Of a stretch of DNA of 64,000 nucleotides, positions 1-9,814 are shown one piece after another. Positions within the stretch are counted from its first letter, which is position 1. Every line of letters starts with the position of its first letter. The notes below the pieces were generated by a model. It worked only from the letters and a program-made list of their open reading frames with translations. It ran no database searches and was not told the DNA's origin. The stretch is from positions 1,728,001 to 1,792,000 of the forward strand of contig CBDCRP010000003.1 in the NCBI GenBank assembly GCA_965221165.1. The letters are read 5' to 3'. The translations under genes were made by a program, and so were the position numbers. The stretch is from a bacterium. Lineage in GTDB: Bacteria > UBA8248.

Positions 1-369
1 GGGAATCACGGATGACCACGTCGCCGCCATCGGATCGGACGACTACATGGATTCGCCGCTCCTCAGTCTCCAGGAGAAAGCGACCGTCCTGTGGCCGAAC
101 ACGTGACGCGCAACACCGCCAAATCAAGAGACGACGTGGCCGGGGAGGTGCAAAGGCATTTCACGGACGCGGAGTTCGTCGAGCTCACCTTCGTCATCAG
201 CTACTTCAACATGCGAAACCGCTACCACGACTCCCTGAAGCTGCCGAACGATGAGGCGGAAATCGTCGAGGACGTGGGCCCCCTCCGGCCCGACCCGGAA
301 AAGCTTAAAAAATTCTTGCAGGAAATTCTCGATAACTGGCCGGACGCCTTCCCGCAGCCTAACGAATGA
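1..369 (+). CDS. Carboxymuconolactone decarboxylase/AhpD-like protein, 5' end outside window, apparent -1 frameshift near 92-94
   Basis: Frame 2 from base 2 reads GITDDHVAAIGSDDYMDSPLLSLQEKATVLW; frame 1 continues AEHVTRN...HFTDAEFVELTFVISYFNMRNR, typical of CMD-family C-termini. TGG and GCC share one G. Confidence 0.6.
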
Positions 370-407
370 AGGCGTCCATGAATCACTCCAAAGAGAGGAA
401 CCGATAG

Positions 408-1133
408 ATGGACCGAGGAATCTGGGCGGTATGGTACGACCTTCCCGAGGAAGGTGAGGATGAATATCTTTCCTGGCTTCATGAAGTCCATACCCCCGAG
501 GCGCTCGCGCGTCCGGGCTACCTGTGGGCGGCGCACGTGAAAAACGTGGTGACGCCCGAGCGTGAAGAGAGAATTCGCGGAGTCGTCCACCACACGGATG
601 ATGCGAGCGTTCCCACGGGGGTTCAGTATCTGATGCTCTTCGGCGCGCTTTCACCCACCGTTTTTCTGGACCCGAGTCCCGAGCAAATGGCGGAGAAGAT
701 GACGGCCGATGAACGCGAAATGCTTGCGCGGCGGCAGAACCCGCGCTCTTGCGTCTTCATGGAGCACAACCGGGTCGACGGCCCCGAGGTGAAAACCCGC
801 GCGCCGGGCATCGCGCCCGGACCCGGGGTCCAGTTCGGAACCTTCAACATCAACGCCGTCGAAAACGAGGACGAACTGGGGTGCTGGTACGCCCAGGTGC
901 GGATGCCGCGCCTGACGAGCATGGAGGGATGCGTCGGGGCGCGCAATCTGGTTTCGGTCTCGGGCTGGGCGAAGCACGGGATTCTCTATGAGTGGGTATC
1001 CTTGGAATCGCTTCAGAAAAATTTTACCACGGAGAAGATACCCCGCTCGCGCCGGGCGGTTGACACCCTGGTACACGCTCCCAGTTCGCCCAGCGTGGGA
1101 GAGCGCATCTGGCCGCCTGCGGGTGATGCGTGA
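408..1133 (+). CDS. Hypothetical protein, probably two EthD/Dabb-like domains
   Basis: 241-aa ORF with GAGGA RBS; two similar halves (EDEYLSWLHEVHTPE..RPG and EDELGCWYAQVRMPRL..MEG). Confidence 0.55.
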   Translation: MDRGIWAVWYDLPEEGEDEYLSWLHEVHTPEALARPGYLWAAHVKNVVTPEREERIRGVVHHTDDASVPTGVQYLMLFGALSPTVFLDPSPEQMAEKMTADEREMLARRQNPRSCVFMEHNRVDGPEVKTRAPGIAPGPGVQFGTFNINAVENEDELGCWYAQVRMPRLTSMEGCVGARNLVSVSGWAKHGILYEWVSLESLQKNFTTEKIPRSRRAVDTLVHAPSSPSVGERIWPPAGDA

Positions 1134-1214
1134 TTCCCCCGGATCCCGGAACTATCTCGCTTATCAGACCCCTTGCGAAAAGAGGCTCGGGACCTGGACG
1201 CATGGACGCTGGAA

Positions 1215-2600
1215 TCAATATGTGAGTTTCGAGAATCCCTCGAACAGGCGCGCGAGAAATTTCTCGGACTGGAGAATGCCCGACACCTGCGCGTATTCAT
1301 TCGCCGCATGTTTTCGCATGGCGTTGCACGGAAGCCCGCCGATCCAGGGCACGCCCAACTCTTCCGTCCACAAGGCCACGGGCATCCCCGCCGGGTGCAC
1401 GGGCCAGACCTCGGGGTCCGCGCCCATGTCCGCATGGGCCTGCAGGAAACACTGGATCAGAGGATGCTCCAGCGGCGTTCCGCCACCGGCGTAGTGGTTG
1501 TTCACGACGAATTCGACGTCGCCGTAGCCACCCTCGGCCAGAATGGCGCGCACGTTCTCGATGCGCTCATCGGGGTCTTCTCCCGGCTGAAAACGCATGT
1601 TCACCACGGCCTGCGCCTCTGAGGGAATACTGACCTTCACGGACTTCCCCTCGCCCACGAAGCCCGCCTGAAGGCCCGTGAGAGTGAATTCCGCCTTGAA
1701 CAGATGGGAGTGAACCGAGGCGTGGAAATCATCCTGCCGGAAACGCTTGACCCCCAGGCTTTGCTTCATCATCTCCGGGTCCATGCGATCGGCCAACCGG
1801 CGGCACAACTCTTCCTCGGCGTCGCTCGGCGTCCACCCCTCGCCGTTTTGATAAATCTCCTCCAGCCTTGCCTGCAGATAGGCGATCGCCTCGACGATGC
1901 GCTCCGCCGGATTGCCTATCCAGTTGCAATTGAGCGCATGAATCTCGTTGCCCACCGGCCCGCCCCATTCTCCGGGACGGCAGAACAGCCTGCCCATCAG
2001 GTTGCCCTTGAGACCCAGCGGGACGATCGGCGTGCCGTCGGTCTGCCCCATCGGACAAATCCAGTAGGCCGCGTTCGCCTTTTGCATCTTCTCCTTGTAG
2101 CGCGGGAAGAAATCCTTGATGCCGCCGCTGCCGAGTTCAGACGCCTCGTGAACGAACATCAAGTTGAGCGGGAGCTTCTCGCCTGCGGCGCGCGCCGCGT
2201 AGACCGTGTTCATCACGCAGGCGATGCCGGTCTTCATGTCCTCCGCTCCCCGGCCCACGACGCAACGCCCCAGGCCGGCGAGTTCCTGAATCTGAGGGTC
2301 GAAGGGAGGATTGATCCAGTTGGGTTCTTCCGCCGGCGTCACGTCGTAGAGGCCGTGGAAAAGAAGCGTCCGCTCCGCGCCAACGTCGATAAGGCCGTAG
2401 ACGACGGGAAATTCCGCCGTCTCCACCACCTCCGCTTCTCCGCCGACCTCGATGATCTCATCGGCCAGCATCCGCGCCATTTCCGTGTTCCCGAGGTTCA
2501 GGGCGGAAACGCTCGGCTGGCGTATGTATTTCAAAAGGCGCTCGATGTGGGAAGATTCGAAATCCGCTTCGATTTGCGCGATGACGCGTTCGACATCCAT
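1215..2600 (-). CDS. M20 family metallopeptidase/deacylase (ArgE/DapE-like)
   Basis: Motifs HGLYDVTP, GRGAEDMK, HEASELGS and C-terminal HAANEY; GAGG RBS. Confidence 0.85.
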   Translation of the reverse strand: MDVERVIAQIEADFESSHIERLLKYIRQPSVSALNLGNTEMARMLADEIIEVGGEAEVVETAEFPVVYGLIDVGAERTLLFHGLYDVTPAEEPNWINPPFDPQIQELAGLGRCVVGRGAEDMKTGIACVMNTVYAARAAGEKLPLNLMFVHEASELGSGGIKDFFPRYKEKMQKANAAYWICPMGQTDGTPIVPLGLKGNLMGRLFCRPGEWGGPVGNEIHALNCNWIGNPAERIVEAIAYLQARLEEIYQNGEGWTPSDAEEELCRRLADRMDPEMMKQSLGVKRFRQDDFHASVHSHLFKAEFTLTGLQAGFVGEGKSVKVSIPSEAQAVVNMRFQPGEDPDERIENVRAILAEGGYGDVEFVVNNHYAGGGTPLEHPLIQCFLQAHADMGADPEVWPVHPAGMPVALWTEELGVPWIGGLPCNAMRKHAANEYAQVSGILQSEKFLARLFEGFSKLTY

Positions 2601-2641
2601 CGGAAAACCTCCTCATCCCCGGCAGGGGAAAGCTTGAGATT

Positions 2642-2953
2642 TCAGGGAATCATGAGACCGAGCAGCGGGCCGTGCTGCTGCGCGCCGTACACGTCGCGAT
2701 CGCCCGGCGCGCCCGAGGTCGGCCCCTTTCTCGGCAGGGTGATCTTGATTGCGTTGGCCGCGTCGAAATGGACTATCTTCACGTCCTCGGGCGCCATCTC
2801 ATACAACTCGGAAACCACGCCCGGCGTGAGCGCCTCGCTGTCGGCGACCCGTTGATAGGTCGCCTCGTCTGCGAACAACAGATCCAGCGTAATGTGCAGG
2901 GGGCCTGCGTTCTTGCTCCGCAGCACTTCTGCGAGGTCGTAGAGTCGTTCCAT
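2642..2953 (-). CDS. DUF4387 family protein (small partner of AtuA-like proteins)
   Basis: LAEVLRSKNAGP..ITLDL and GDRDVYGAQQHGPLL motifs; directly downstream of the AtuA-like gene. Confidence 0.8.
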   Translation of the reverse strand: MERLYDLAEVLRSKNAGPLHITLDLLFADEATYQRVADSEALTPGVVSELYEMAPEDVKIVHFDAANAIKITLPRKGPTSGAPGDRDVYGAQQHGPLLGLMIP

Positions 2954-2955
2954 TC

Positions 2956-4362
2956 TCAGCCCACCTGTGCGAATTCGACCTCGAAGGGCGCGCTTGCGTC
3001 TTCGAGTTCCACGAGATGATAGATATGAAACTCATACACCGGACCTCCCTCGAAATCAGAGGGTGAAAACGGGAAGGCGAGGTTCCCCGCGGTGGCTTTC
3101 CGGCCATCGAACCCGCAGTGTAAAAACGTGCTCCGCGCGAGGGACAACACCGCGTTCGCCGTCTGCTGATCCTTCGCAACCGCTTCCATCACCACGCCGA
3201 CCTCTTGGGGTGCGCCCGGCCCGTCGGGCGCAGGGCGTGGGTCGGCCGGCGCCGGTTGTGGGCCGACCGGCATCGGTCGGCCCATTACGCCGTCACGTCC
3301 ATAGAAGATGAAGCGCAATTCGTAGTCCTCGGGCGACAACGTGCCCCGAACCATTTCCGCGACGGTGCTCTTTACGCTCGCCTCCACGTCGTCGAGGCTC
3401 GCGAGTAGGCGCGGGTCCGTCATTCCGGCGACGGCGATGGTGCGGTATCCCCTGAGGCGCACGCCCTCGATCTTGATGGTGGGGGTCTGCGCGGGCACGA
3501 AGCGGCTGCCGCTCACCCGCACGCGGCGCTCGCTTATTTGCTCGAACGCGGAATTTTTGAGATCGATCATCCCTTCCGGTTCGTAGAACAGATAGGGGTC
3601 CGGCTGTTCATACATCATGTGGGCCGCCACGGAGTTGGGCGTCACCCGCATTTTGTCGTTCATCGGCTCGAGTTCGAAGTGATCGCCTCGCAGCGTGCCC
3701 AGAATGCAGTCGTTCGCCCCGATGGGCATGGCGCACTGCGCGCCGCACTCGATGATCTTGGCCATGTGGAAGGCCAACCCCAAGTCGAATCCCCGCATCG
3801 CGGCGTAAGAGGTGTATATGGCCGTGTCGCAGGAGCGTCCGGCGAGAACGACGTCCGCACCACCCTCCAGGGCCGTCATGAAAGGCTCCAGCCCCATCTG
3901 CCCCACGATGCGGACACTCTCGTCCACCATCTCTTCGGTGAGTTCGGGGAGTTTCCCCAGGGTGCGCGTTCTTTTTTCCCGAACGGCGCGCTTCACGAAC
4001 TCCTTGTCCATTTCGGAGCGGATCACGGCGAGCTTGAAGCGGTGCCCGTCGCGCCGCGCCAGTTCGTGCATCACGTCGAGCACGCTGTCCACGTGGGGGT
4101 TCCCGCCCGCCGTCCCGGCGGAGCCGATGATGTAGGGAATCTTTTTCTTTCTGGCGGCGGCCAAGGAGAAGCCCAGGTCGCGAAGAATCTGCGCACGCTT
4201 GGTGAGTTGATCGCCGCTGCCGAGATAATAAGGCCCCGCGTCGGTCGAGCCGTTGTCCGCGCCCATGATGTGCGGGTCTTGCGCCAAGCCGTTTTCGAGA
4301 GAGGTTTTTGGAAACCCATAGCCGAGATTGCCACAAACGGATAAAACCCTGAGTTCATCCAT
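2956..4362 (-). CDS. Acyclic terpene utilization AtuA (DUF1446) family protein
   Basis: GNLGYGF, DNGSTDAGPYYLGSG, GRSCDTA, HMAKIIECGAQC and TAGNLAFPFSPSD motifs. Confidence 0.8.
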   Translation of the reverse strand: MDELRVLSVCGNLGYGFPKTSLENGLAQDPHIMGADNGSTDAGPYYLGSGDQLTKRAQILRDLGFSLAAARKKKIPYIIGSAGTAGGNPHVDSVLDVMHELARRDGHRFKLAVIRSEMDKEFVKRAVREKRTRTLGKLPELTEEMVDESVRIVGQMGLEPFMTALEGGADVVLAGRSCDTAIYTSYAAMRGFDLGLAFHMAKIIECGAQCAMPIGANDCILGTLRGDHFELEPMNDKMRVTPNSVAAHMMYEQPDPYLFYEPEGMIDLKNSAFEQISERRVRVSGSRFVPAQTPTIKIEGVRLRGYRTIAVAGMTDPRLLASLDDVEASVKSTVAEMVRGTLSPEDYELRFIFYGRDGVMGRPMPVGPQPAPADPRPAPDGPGAPQEVGVVMEAVAKDQQTANAVLSLARSTFLHCGFDGRKATAGNLAFPFSPSDFEGGPVYEFHIYHLVELEDASAPFEVEFAQVG

Positions 4363-4611
4363 GCGAGACTCCCGATATTTTTGGGATGGAAGATAACCGA
4401 AACTTACACGATCGCCCGCCCGGGGTAAACGCCGCCGGGTCTGAAACCGGTGTGTAAAACGCGGGATTTTCCCGGCTGCTATCGCCGGGCGTTTTCCGAT
4501 TTGCCACCGTCCCGGCGAGCGGGATATCCATCATGGACGCTTGAAGACGCGCTATCGACCCGATGGGCTTTACCAAGGCGCGGACTTACTCCCACGCCTA
4601 CCGGCGCGGCG

Positions 4612-5049
4612 CTAGGGCTGTACGCGCAGCCGCTCGGGCTCGATGATGGCTTCCACCGTTATCTCTACCATCGCGTCCGGGGGACCCAGCCGGGAGATTT
4701 CGATCAGCGTGCTGGCCGGGCGAACGTCCTTGAAGTATTTGAAGCGCTCATCAGAATGCTTGTAGTACTCCATGATGTCGGTCACATACGTCGTGGAACT
4801 GACGATGTCGTTGAAAGTCGCGCCCGCGTGGGCCAGACCCTTGCCGATGTTCTCACACGTAACCCGTATCTGGGTGCGCATGTCTCCCACGCCTTCCACC
4901 TCGCCGCTCGGCCTGCGGGGCACCTGGCCGGAAAGATAGATATGGGCGTGGTCCGCGCCATGAATCGTCACTACGGGCACGTAGAGCAACTCGCCGTTTT
5001 CCACGCGGGACCACATGTCGTCGGGCTGCATGAACTGTCTCTGGATCAT
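4612..5049 (-). CDS. RidA/YjgF family protein
   Basis: IYLSGQV, RPASTLIEISRL and MVEITVEA motifs. Confidence 0.85.
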   Translation of the reverse strand: MIQRQFMQPDDMWSRVENGELLYVPVVTIHGADHAHIYLSGQVPRRPSGEVEGVGDMRTQIRVTCENIGKGLAHAGATFNDIVSSTTYVTDIMEYYKHSDERFKYFKDVRPASTLIEISRLGPPDAMVEITVEAIIEPERLRVQP

Positions 5050-5076
5050 GTCGTAGGTTCCTCTTTAGGTTTTCAT

Positions 5077-5892
5077 TTAATCTGTCACCCAGGCGGGTCC
5101 GCCGTCGGACTGACCCGTGAGCCTGGCCAGCGTCTCGGCCACCTTTCTTTCACATTCGAGAAATTCCACCGATAGCGCATCGCGCGGGCGCGGCAGGTCG
5201 ATCTTGATCTCCTCCGCTATCCGGCCGGGACGAGGAGACATCAAAAGCACCCTGTCGGAGAGATAGGCCGCCTCGCGAACGCTATGGGTCACGAAGAGCA
5301 CGGTTTTGTGGGTTTCCATCCATACCTGCACGAGAAGCTGCTGAAGGCTCGAGCGGGTCTGGGCGTCGAGAGCGCCGAAGGGCTCATCCATGAGCATCAC
5401 CTCGGGGTCGAAAGCCAGCGCGCGCGCGATGCCCACCCGCTGCTTCATTCCGCCAGAGAGCCGGTAGGGATAGATGTTCTTGAAACCCTGGAGCTCCACC
5501 AGCCCCAGAAGGCGCTCGACGACGGGGTCGCGCTCGGTTTTCGGGATTCCTTTCATGCGCATGCCGAAGCGGACGTTTCCCGAGACCGTCAGCCAGGGGA
5601 AAACGGCGAACTCCTGGAACACGACTCCTCGGTCGAAACCCGTGCCGTCGATGTGGTGATCGTCCAAGACGACGTCGCCCGAGGTTTTCTCATACAGGCC
5701 CGCCACTATCATCAACAGCGTGCTCTTGCCGCATCCACTCGGCCCGATCAGGGTAACGAACTCACCCGCGCGGACGTCGAAGTTCACCCCTTCGAGAGCG
5801 GTGATGTCCGTGGTCCTCCCCCATCCCTCGTCGATGGTGAAGATTTTTCCCAAATCCTTGACCTGCAGTTTTACAGGGCCCTGAATCGCCAA
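5077..5892 (-). CDS. ABC transporter ATP-binding protein (NitT/TauT family)
   Basis: Walker [18 protein letters not shown] signature, DEPFGALD. Confidence 0.92.
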   Translation of the reverse strand: MAIQGPVKLQVKDLGKIFTIDEGWGRTTDITALEGVNFDVRAGEFVTLIGPSGCGKSTLLMIVAGLYEKTSGDVVLDDHHIDGTGFDRGVVFQEFAVFPWLTVSGNVRFGMRMKGIPKTERDPVVERLLGLVELQGFKNIYPYRLSGGMKQRVGIARALAFDPEVMLMDEPFGALDAQTRSSLQQLLVQVWMETHKTVLFVTHSVREAAYLSDRVLLMSPRPGRIAEEIKIDLPRPRDALSVEFLECERKVAETLARLTGQSDGGPAWVTD

Positions 5893-5912
5893 GACACTCT
5901 CCTATCTGCGCG

Positions 5913-6773
5913 TTATTCGCGCAGCGTTCCCCAACGCTGAACCGTGGTCAGCTCGATGCTCCGCAAGAAAACACGCTCTACGATCACGCCCAGGATGCCG
6001 ACGACCACCACGCCCCCGTACATCATATCCGCCGCCAGGAAATCCCGGGCCGCGAAAATCCGAAAACCCAATCCCGCCTCGAGAGCGACTATCATCTCGC
6101 CGGTCACGACGATGCGCCACGCGCGGCTGAACGCAATCCGGTAGCCCGCGATGAGGCTCGGCATCGCGCCCGGAACCATCACCTGAAAGAAAAGCGTCAT
6201 GCCCTTTGCGCCCATGGCCCTGCCCGCGCGGATGAGGGACGCATCCACGGTCTTCACCCCCGTCCAGGCGCTCACCATCACGGTGATCATTCCCTCGAAC
6301 CAGAGCACGGAGATGAGGGTGAAATCACTCAGTCCGAACCACAGGATGACGATGGGAAACAGCGCGAGACCCGGCACGGCCAGAAAAAAGTACATCGGCG
6401 GCGCGAGAGCCCGCTCCACCGTCTTGTTCATTCCCATCACCAGCCCGACCAGGGTTCCCGAAACGATGGCGAGGGCCGCCCCGACCAGGAGCCGGTAGAG
6501 TGAAACGTAGATGTCGAGCCAGAGGATGCCGGACTTCGCCTGCTTCACCATCGTGAACCAGATGACTTCCAGGGGAGGAAAAAGGACGGGATGAAGCGTT
6601 CCCGAATGCGCGAGCAACTCCCAGAAGATGAGCAATCCGATGAGAGGCGCAGTCATCTGAAAGAGCGCTTTACCGGAGTTTCGGAAAACCACGTTCCAGT
6701 TCGGAGGCCCGAGTTTTCTCTCTGTCCCCGGCGGCGCTCCGGGCTGTTCTTGCGCTTTATCGGCCGTCGCCAC
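5913..6773 (-). CDS. ABC transporter permease (NitT/TauT family)
   Basis: Hydrophobic; EAA-like loop LIRAGRAMGA; WRIVVTGEM..GLG. Confidence 0.9.
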   Translation of the reverse strand: MATADKAQEQPGAPPGTERKLGPPNWNVVFRNSGKALFQMTAPLIGLLIFWELLAHSGTLHPVLFPPLEVIWFTMVKQAKSGILWLDIYVSLYRLLVGAALAIVSGTLVGLVMGMNKTVERALAPPMYFFLAVPGLALFPIVILWFGLSDFTLISVLWFEGMITVMVSAWTGVKTVDASLIRAGRAMGAKGMTLFFQVMVPGAMPSLIAGYRIAFSRAWRIVVTGEMIVALEAGLGFRIFAARDFLAADMMYGGVVVVGILGVIVERVFLRSIELTTVQRWGTLRE

Positions 6774-6787
6774 GAAAATTTCCTTTC

Positions 6788-8137
6788 TCAGCTTCCGAGA
6801 GCCGTTATTCGTCCGCTTCCAAGAGCTTCTATTTGTCCGGGCTCGGGCAGGTTCGCGTAGGGGTCCTGCGCGATGGCGGAGGCGTTACGCTCCCGCGTGC
6901 ACAGATCCAGCGCTGCGAGGGCGAATATTTTTGTCGTGTCCACCAGCGCGTCGACGTGGATGTGCTCGCCCATGTCGGCGTTCCAGCCGTAACCCGCCGT
7001 CGCCGTTCGGCCCGCCAATCCGTAAGTGATGGTCTGAATGCCGTAGCGGTTCATGTGGGCGGCGTCGAGATAGGAAGTCTTCACGATGATGTTGGGCTTC
7101 TCCCCCATGATTTGCTCGTGCGCCCGGATCATCGCCTTGGAAGGCAGCGAATCGACGGGAATTCCGGAGGGTGGATGCGAGGAGAACACCTCGACCTTGG
7201 CCCCGATGTCGGGCTGCTCTTCGTTCACCTGCGCGATCATCGCCTTGAATTCCGCCTCCACGTCCTGGACCCTTTGTCCCGGAACCAGGCGAACGTCCAC
7301 GTAAAGACGGCACTCGATGGGCGAGCGCGCACAGCGGTAAGGCCACCCGCCCTCGATCGCAGCCATGTTCACGTGGGGGCGTTCCCCCAGGAATTCATTG
7401 CGTCCCCGGTACTCGGGAATCCATTTCCGAATGGCCGCCTGCACCCTTTCCATCCGCTCGATAGCGCTTGCCGTATAGTCGCCATAGCACGTATGGCCCA
7501 TCAGCCCCCGTGTCGTGAGCTTGAACCACACCGTGCCCCCGTGCCAGGGCGCGACCTGCATGCCGGTCGGCTCGCCGAGAATGCAAAAATCCGTCAGATA
7601 ACCGTGCGAGATGAGGTGCCGGGTGCCGACGCCGTAGCCGTCATAAAGCACGTCCTGGTATTGGTCGATCCGGTTTTTTTCAATCTCTCCCACGACGGAG
7701 GCCAGGACGATGTCGCCCTTGAGTTCCACGCCCGCGTCCGCGAGGGCCTTCGCCGCGCCTAAGTAGGAGACGTCGGCGCTTTTCATGTTGGCCGCGCCGT
7801 TTCCGAAAATCCAGTCCCCTTCGCGAATCGCCTTGTTCTTGTAACCCGGCTGGGTGAGTTCGGGCTCCTCGCCGGAATAGGAGGTATCCAGATGGCCGTT
7901 GAACATCAGGGAATAACCGCCGCCGGCGCCCGGCGAGATGCCGACCGCGTTGTAGCGGCCCTCGGCCACCGTTTGCAGATGCGCCTCGAAGCCGGCCTCC
8001 TCGTACTTCGCGTGCATGTAGCGGGCCGCCTCTTCCTCCGATCCGGTGGGGCTCGGTATATCCACGAGTTCCATGGTGGTTTTCACGAGGAACTCCTCAT
8101 CCACCGCGTCGACGACTTTCTTTTGAAGCTCATCCAT
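6788..8137 (-). CDS. M20 family hydrolase (acetylornithine deacetylase-like)
   Basis: IPSPTGSE, FNGHLDT, GNGAANMK, VVGEIE and GEPT motifs; GAGGAG RBS before MDELQ (alternative start 8161). Confidence 0.85.
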   Translation of the reverse strand: MDELQKKVVDAVDEEFLVKTTMELVDIPSPTGSEEEAARYMHAKYEEAGFEAHLQTVAEGRYNAVGISPGAGGGYSLMFNGHLDTSYSGEEPELTQPGYKNKAIREGDWIFGNGAANMKSADVSYLGAAKALADAGVELKGDIVLASVVGEIEKNRIDQYQDVLYDGYGVGTRHLISHGYLTDFCILGEPTGMQVAPWHGGTVWFKLTTRGLMGHTCYGDYTASAIERMERVQAAIRKWIPEYRGRNEFLGERPHVNMAAIEGGWPYRCARSPIECRLYVDVRLVPGQRVQDVEAEFKAMIAQVNEEQPDIGAKVEVFSSHPPSGIPVDSLPSKAMIRAHEQIMGEKPNIIVKTSYLDAAHMNRYGIQTITYGLAGRTATAGYGWNADMGEHIHVDALVDTTKIFALAALDLCTRERNASAIAQDPYANLPEPGQIEALGSGRITALGS

Positions 8138-8189
8138 GATTCTCGATTCTCCTCGACTCACCCGCGATGCGCGCGCAAAACTTCTTTCG

Positions 8190-8224
8190 CCCCTCCGGAG
8201 GGATGAATCGTCCTTCCGGAGGGG
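8190..8224 (-). terminator. Stem-loop downstream of the substrate-binding protein gene
   Basis: CCCTCCGGAGGGA-N7-TCCTTCCGGAGGG inverted repeat. Confidence 0.55.
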
Positions 8225-8257
8225 CAGGGGGAAAGGTGTTCCGGGTTATCTCTCGCC

Positions 8258-9253
8258 TTACTTCATCAAATTAAAGTAGGCGTTCTCCACCAACTGGGTG
8301 TCGATGTGGGCGGTGACGTCGATGCGCTTGGGCAGCTTGCCCTTCTTCACGCTGACTTCCACTCCGTCCTGCACTTCCTTGATGTCCCTGTGCGTGATCA
8401 TCGCGCGATCCCAGCGCATGAACCTGTAGAGATTGCTCTTCACCTTCTTGAGGTCGAAGTCGAAGCCCTGGCTCTTCCAGAACTCCTGCACTATCTTCGT
8501 GGACTCATCCCGGTTGCGGTTCAGGAAACGCATAGCCCGAACGTGGGCGTTCATGAAACGCTGCGCGCCGTCCGGGTTTTCCTTCTTGATGTAGGACCAC
8601 GAACTCGTCAGGAAGACGGGGGAAGTGTAGCCCAGCAGATCGTCATACTCCTTCGGCCCCATGACCATCCGGCCCAGGCCCTTGTCGACGATAATCGAAC
8701 CCCAGGGCTCCCAGGTCAGTCCCGCATCCAGCGCGCCGGTCTCGAAGGCGGCGGGCAGCGAACCGGTTTTCGTGTTGCGGATCTTGAAGTCCTTGTCCGA
8801 CAAGCCGATACGCGAGAGATACGTCATCCAGGTGGCCCAGGTGCCCGTACCCATCTGCGCGCCCACGGTCTTGCCCTTGAGGTCCATCACCGATTTCGTG
8901 GTCTTGTCCTTCACGGGGACGAGCACCATGTTCTGGTTCCCGTAGCGGTTCAGCGCGATGCCCACGACGTCCAGTCCGCGCGCCGCGATTTGGCCCACGC
9001 GGGAGCCGCGCGTGCTGATGATGTCGGCGGTGCCGCCGATGAGAGCGTCAATCAGCGCGCGGGGACTCGTGACCCTGCGCTTCACGTTGACCCCCTCGGC
9101 TTTGTAATACCCCTTCTTCTCCGCGATGTAGGGGATGGCCGCGTGCGAGGTGTTGTCGTGAATCAAGTTGATGACGCCTTTCGCCGCCAGCGCATTCGTG
9201 GTCATTCCGAATACAGCGATAGTTGCAATCAAAACCAGGCCGAACTTTTTCAT
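8258..9253 (-). CDS. ABC substrate-binding protein (SsuA/THI5/NMT1-like)
   Basis: Signal peptide MKKFGLVLIA..ALA, IAEKKGYY..EG, DLKGKTVG, WEPW; GGAGGA RBS. Confidence 0.88.
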   Translation of the reverse strand: MKKFGLVLIATIAVFGMTTNALAAKGVINLIHDNTSHAAIPYIAEKKGYYKAEGVNVKRRVTSPRALIDALIGGTADIISTRGSRVGQIAARGLDVVGIALNRYGNQNMVLVPVKDKTTKSVMDLKGKTVGAQMGTGTWATWMTYLSRIGLSDKDFKIRNTKTGSLPAAFETGALDAGLTWEPWGSIIVDKGLGRMVMGPKEYDDLLGYTSPVFLTSSWSYIKKENPDGAQRFMNAHVRAMRFLNRNRDESTKIVQEFWKSQGFDFDLKKVKSNLYRFMRWDRAMITHRDIKEVQDGVEVSVKKGKLPKRIDVTAHIDTQLVENAYFNLMK

Positions 9254-9335
9254 CTTACTCTCCTCCACGTTTGAGAACGCATTGCCTCTACGTCAACCAG
9301 AGATAAAACGACCAAAACCGACCAAGAGCTCCTTT

Positions 9336-9698
9336 TTACTCTCTCGCCGGGTGAAATACGGCCAGCAGCTTTACGTCCTTCTCTCCTCCCGTCATGCTCC
9401 GGTGCATGGTTTTCCGGGGAAGAAAAATGCAGTCTCCCCCTCGAAACTCGATGCTCTTATCCTCGAGTTCGTATCGGCCTTCGCCATCGATGATGTAGAT
9501 GAGTTCGTCTTCTTCGTGATCGTGCCATTCGTGGGTCTCGCCCGGACGAAAAACCGTCAGCCAGGCGTCGACGTTCCAGCCGTGGTCTTCTCGCGAAGTC
9601 ATCCGCCAGGCTTGCGCTCCACCGTCGAGCACTTTGTGCTTCCGGGTTTCCGGCCTTATCAGGCAGGCTTCGCGTTCGGCCAATCCGTCATCTCCCAA
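9336..9698 (-). CDS. Cupin domain protein
   Basis: HEWHDHEEDELIYIIDGEG and GDCIFLPRKTMH cupin motifs; start uncertain. Confidence 0.8.
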   Translation of the reverse strand: MGDDGLAEREACLIRPETRKHKVLDGGAQAWRMTSREDHGWNVDAWLTVFRPGETHEWHDHEEDELIYIIDGEGRYELEDKSIEFRGGDCIFLPRKTMHRSMTGGEKDVKLLAVFHPARE

Positions 9699-9814
9699 GC
9701 CGTTACTCGGCGAGCGCGATGAAACCGCCGCTCATGGTTTTTGGATGATATTCGAAGATGCTATCACTTGACCCGAAAATGTCAATCGCGCGGGCATACC
9801 CGGGCTCACCACCC

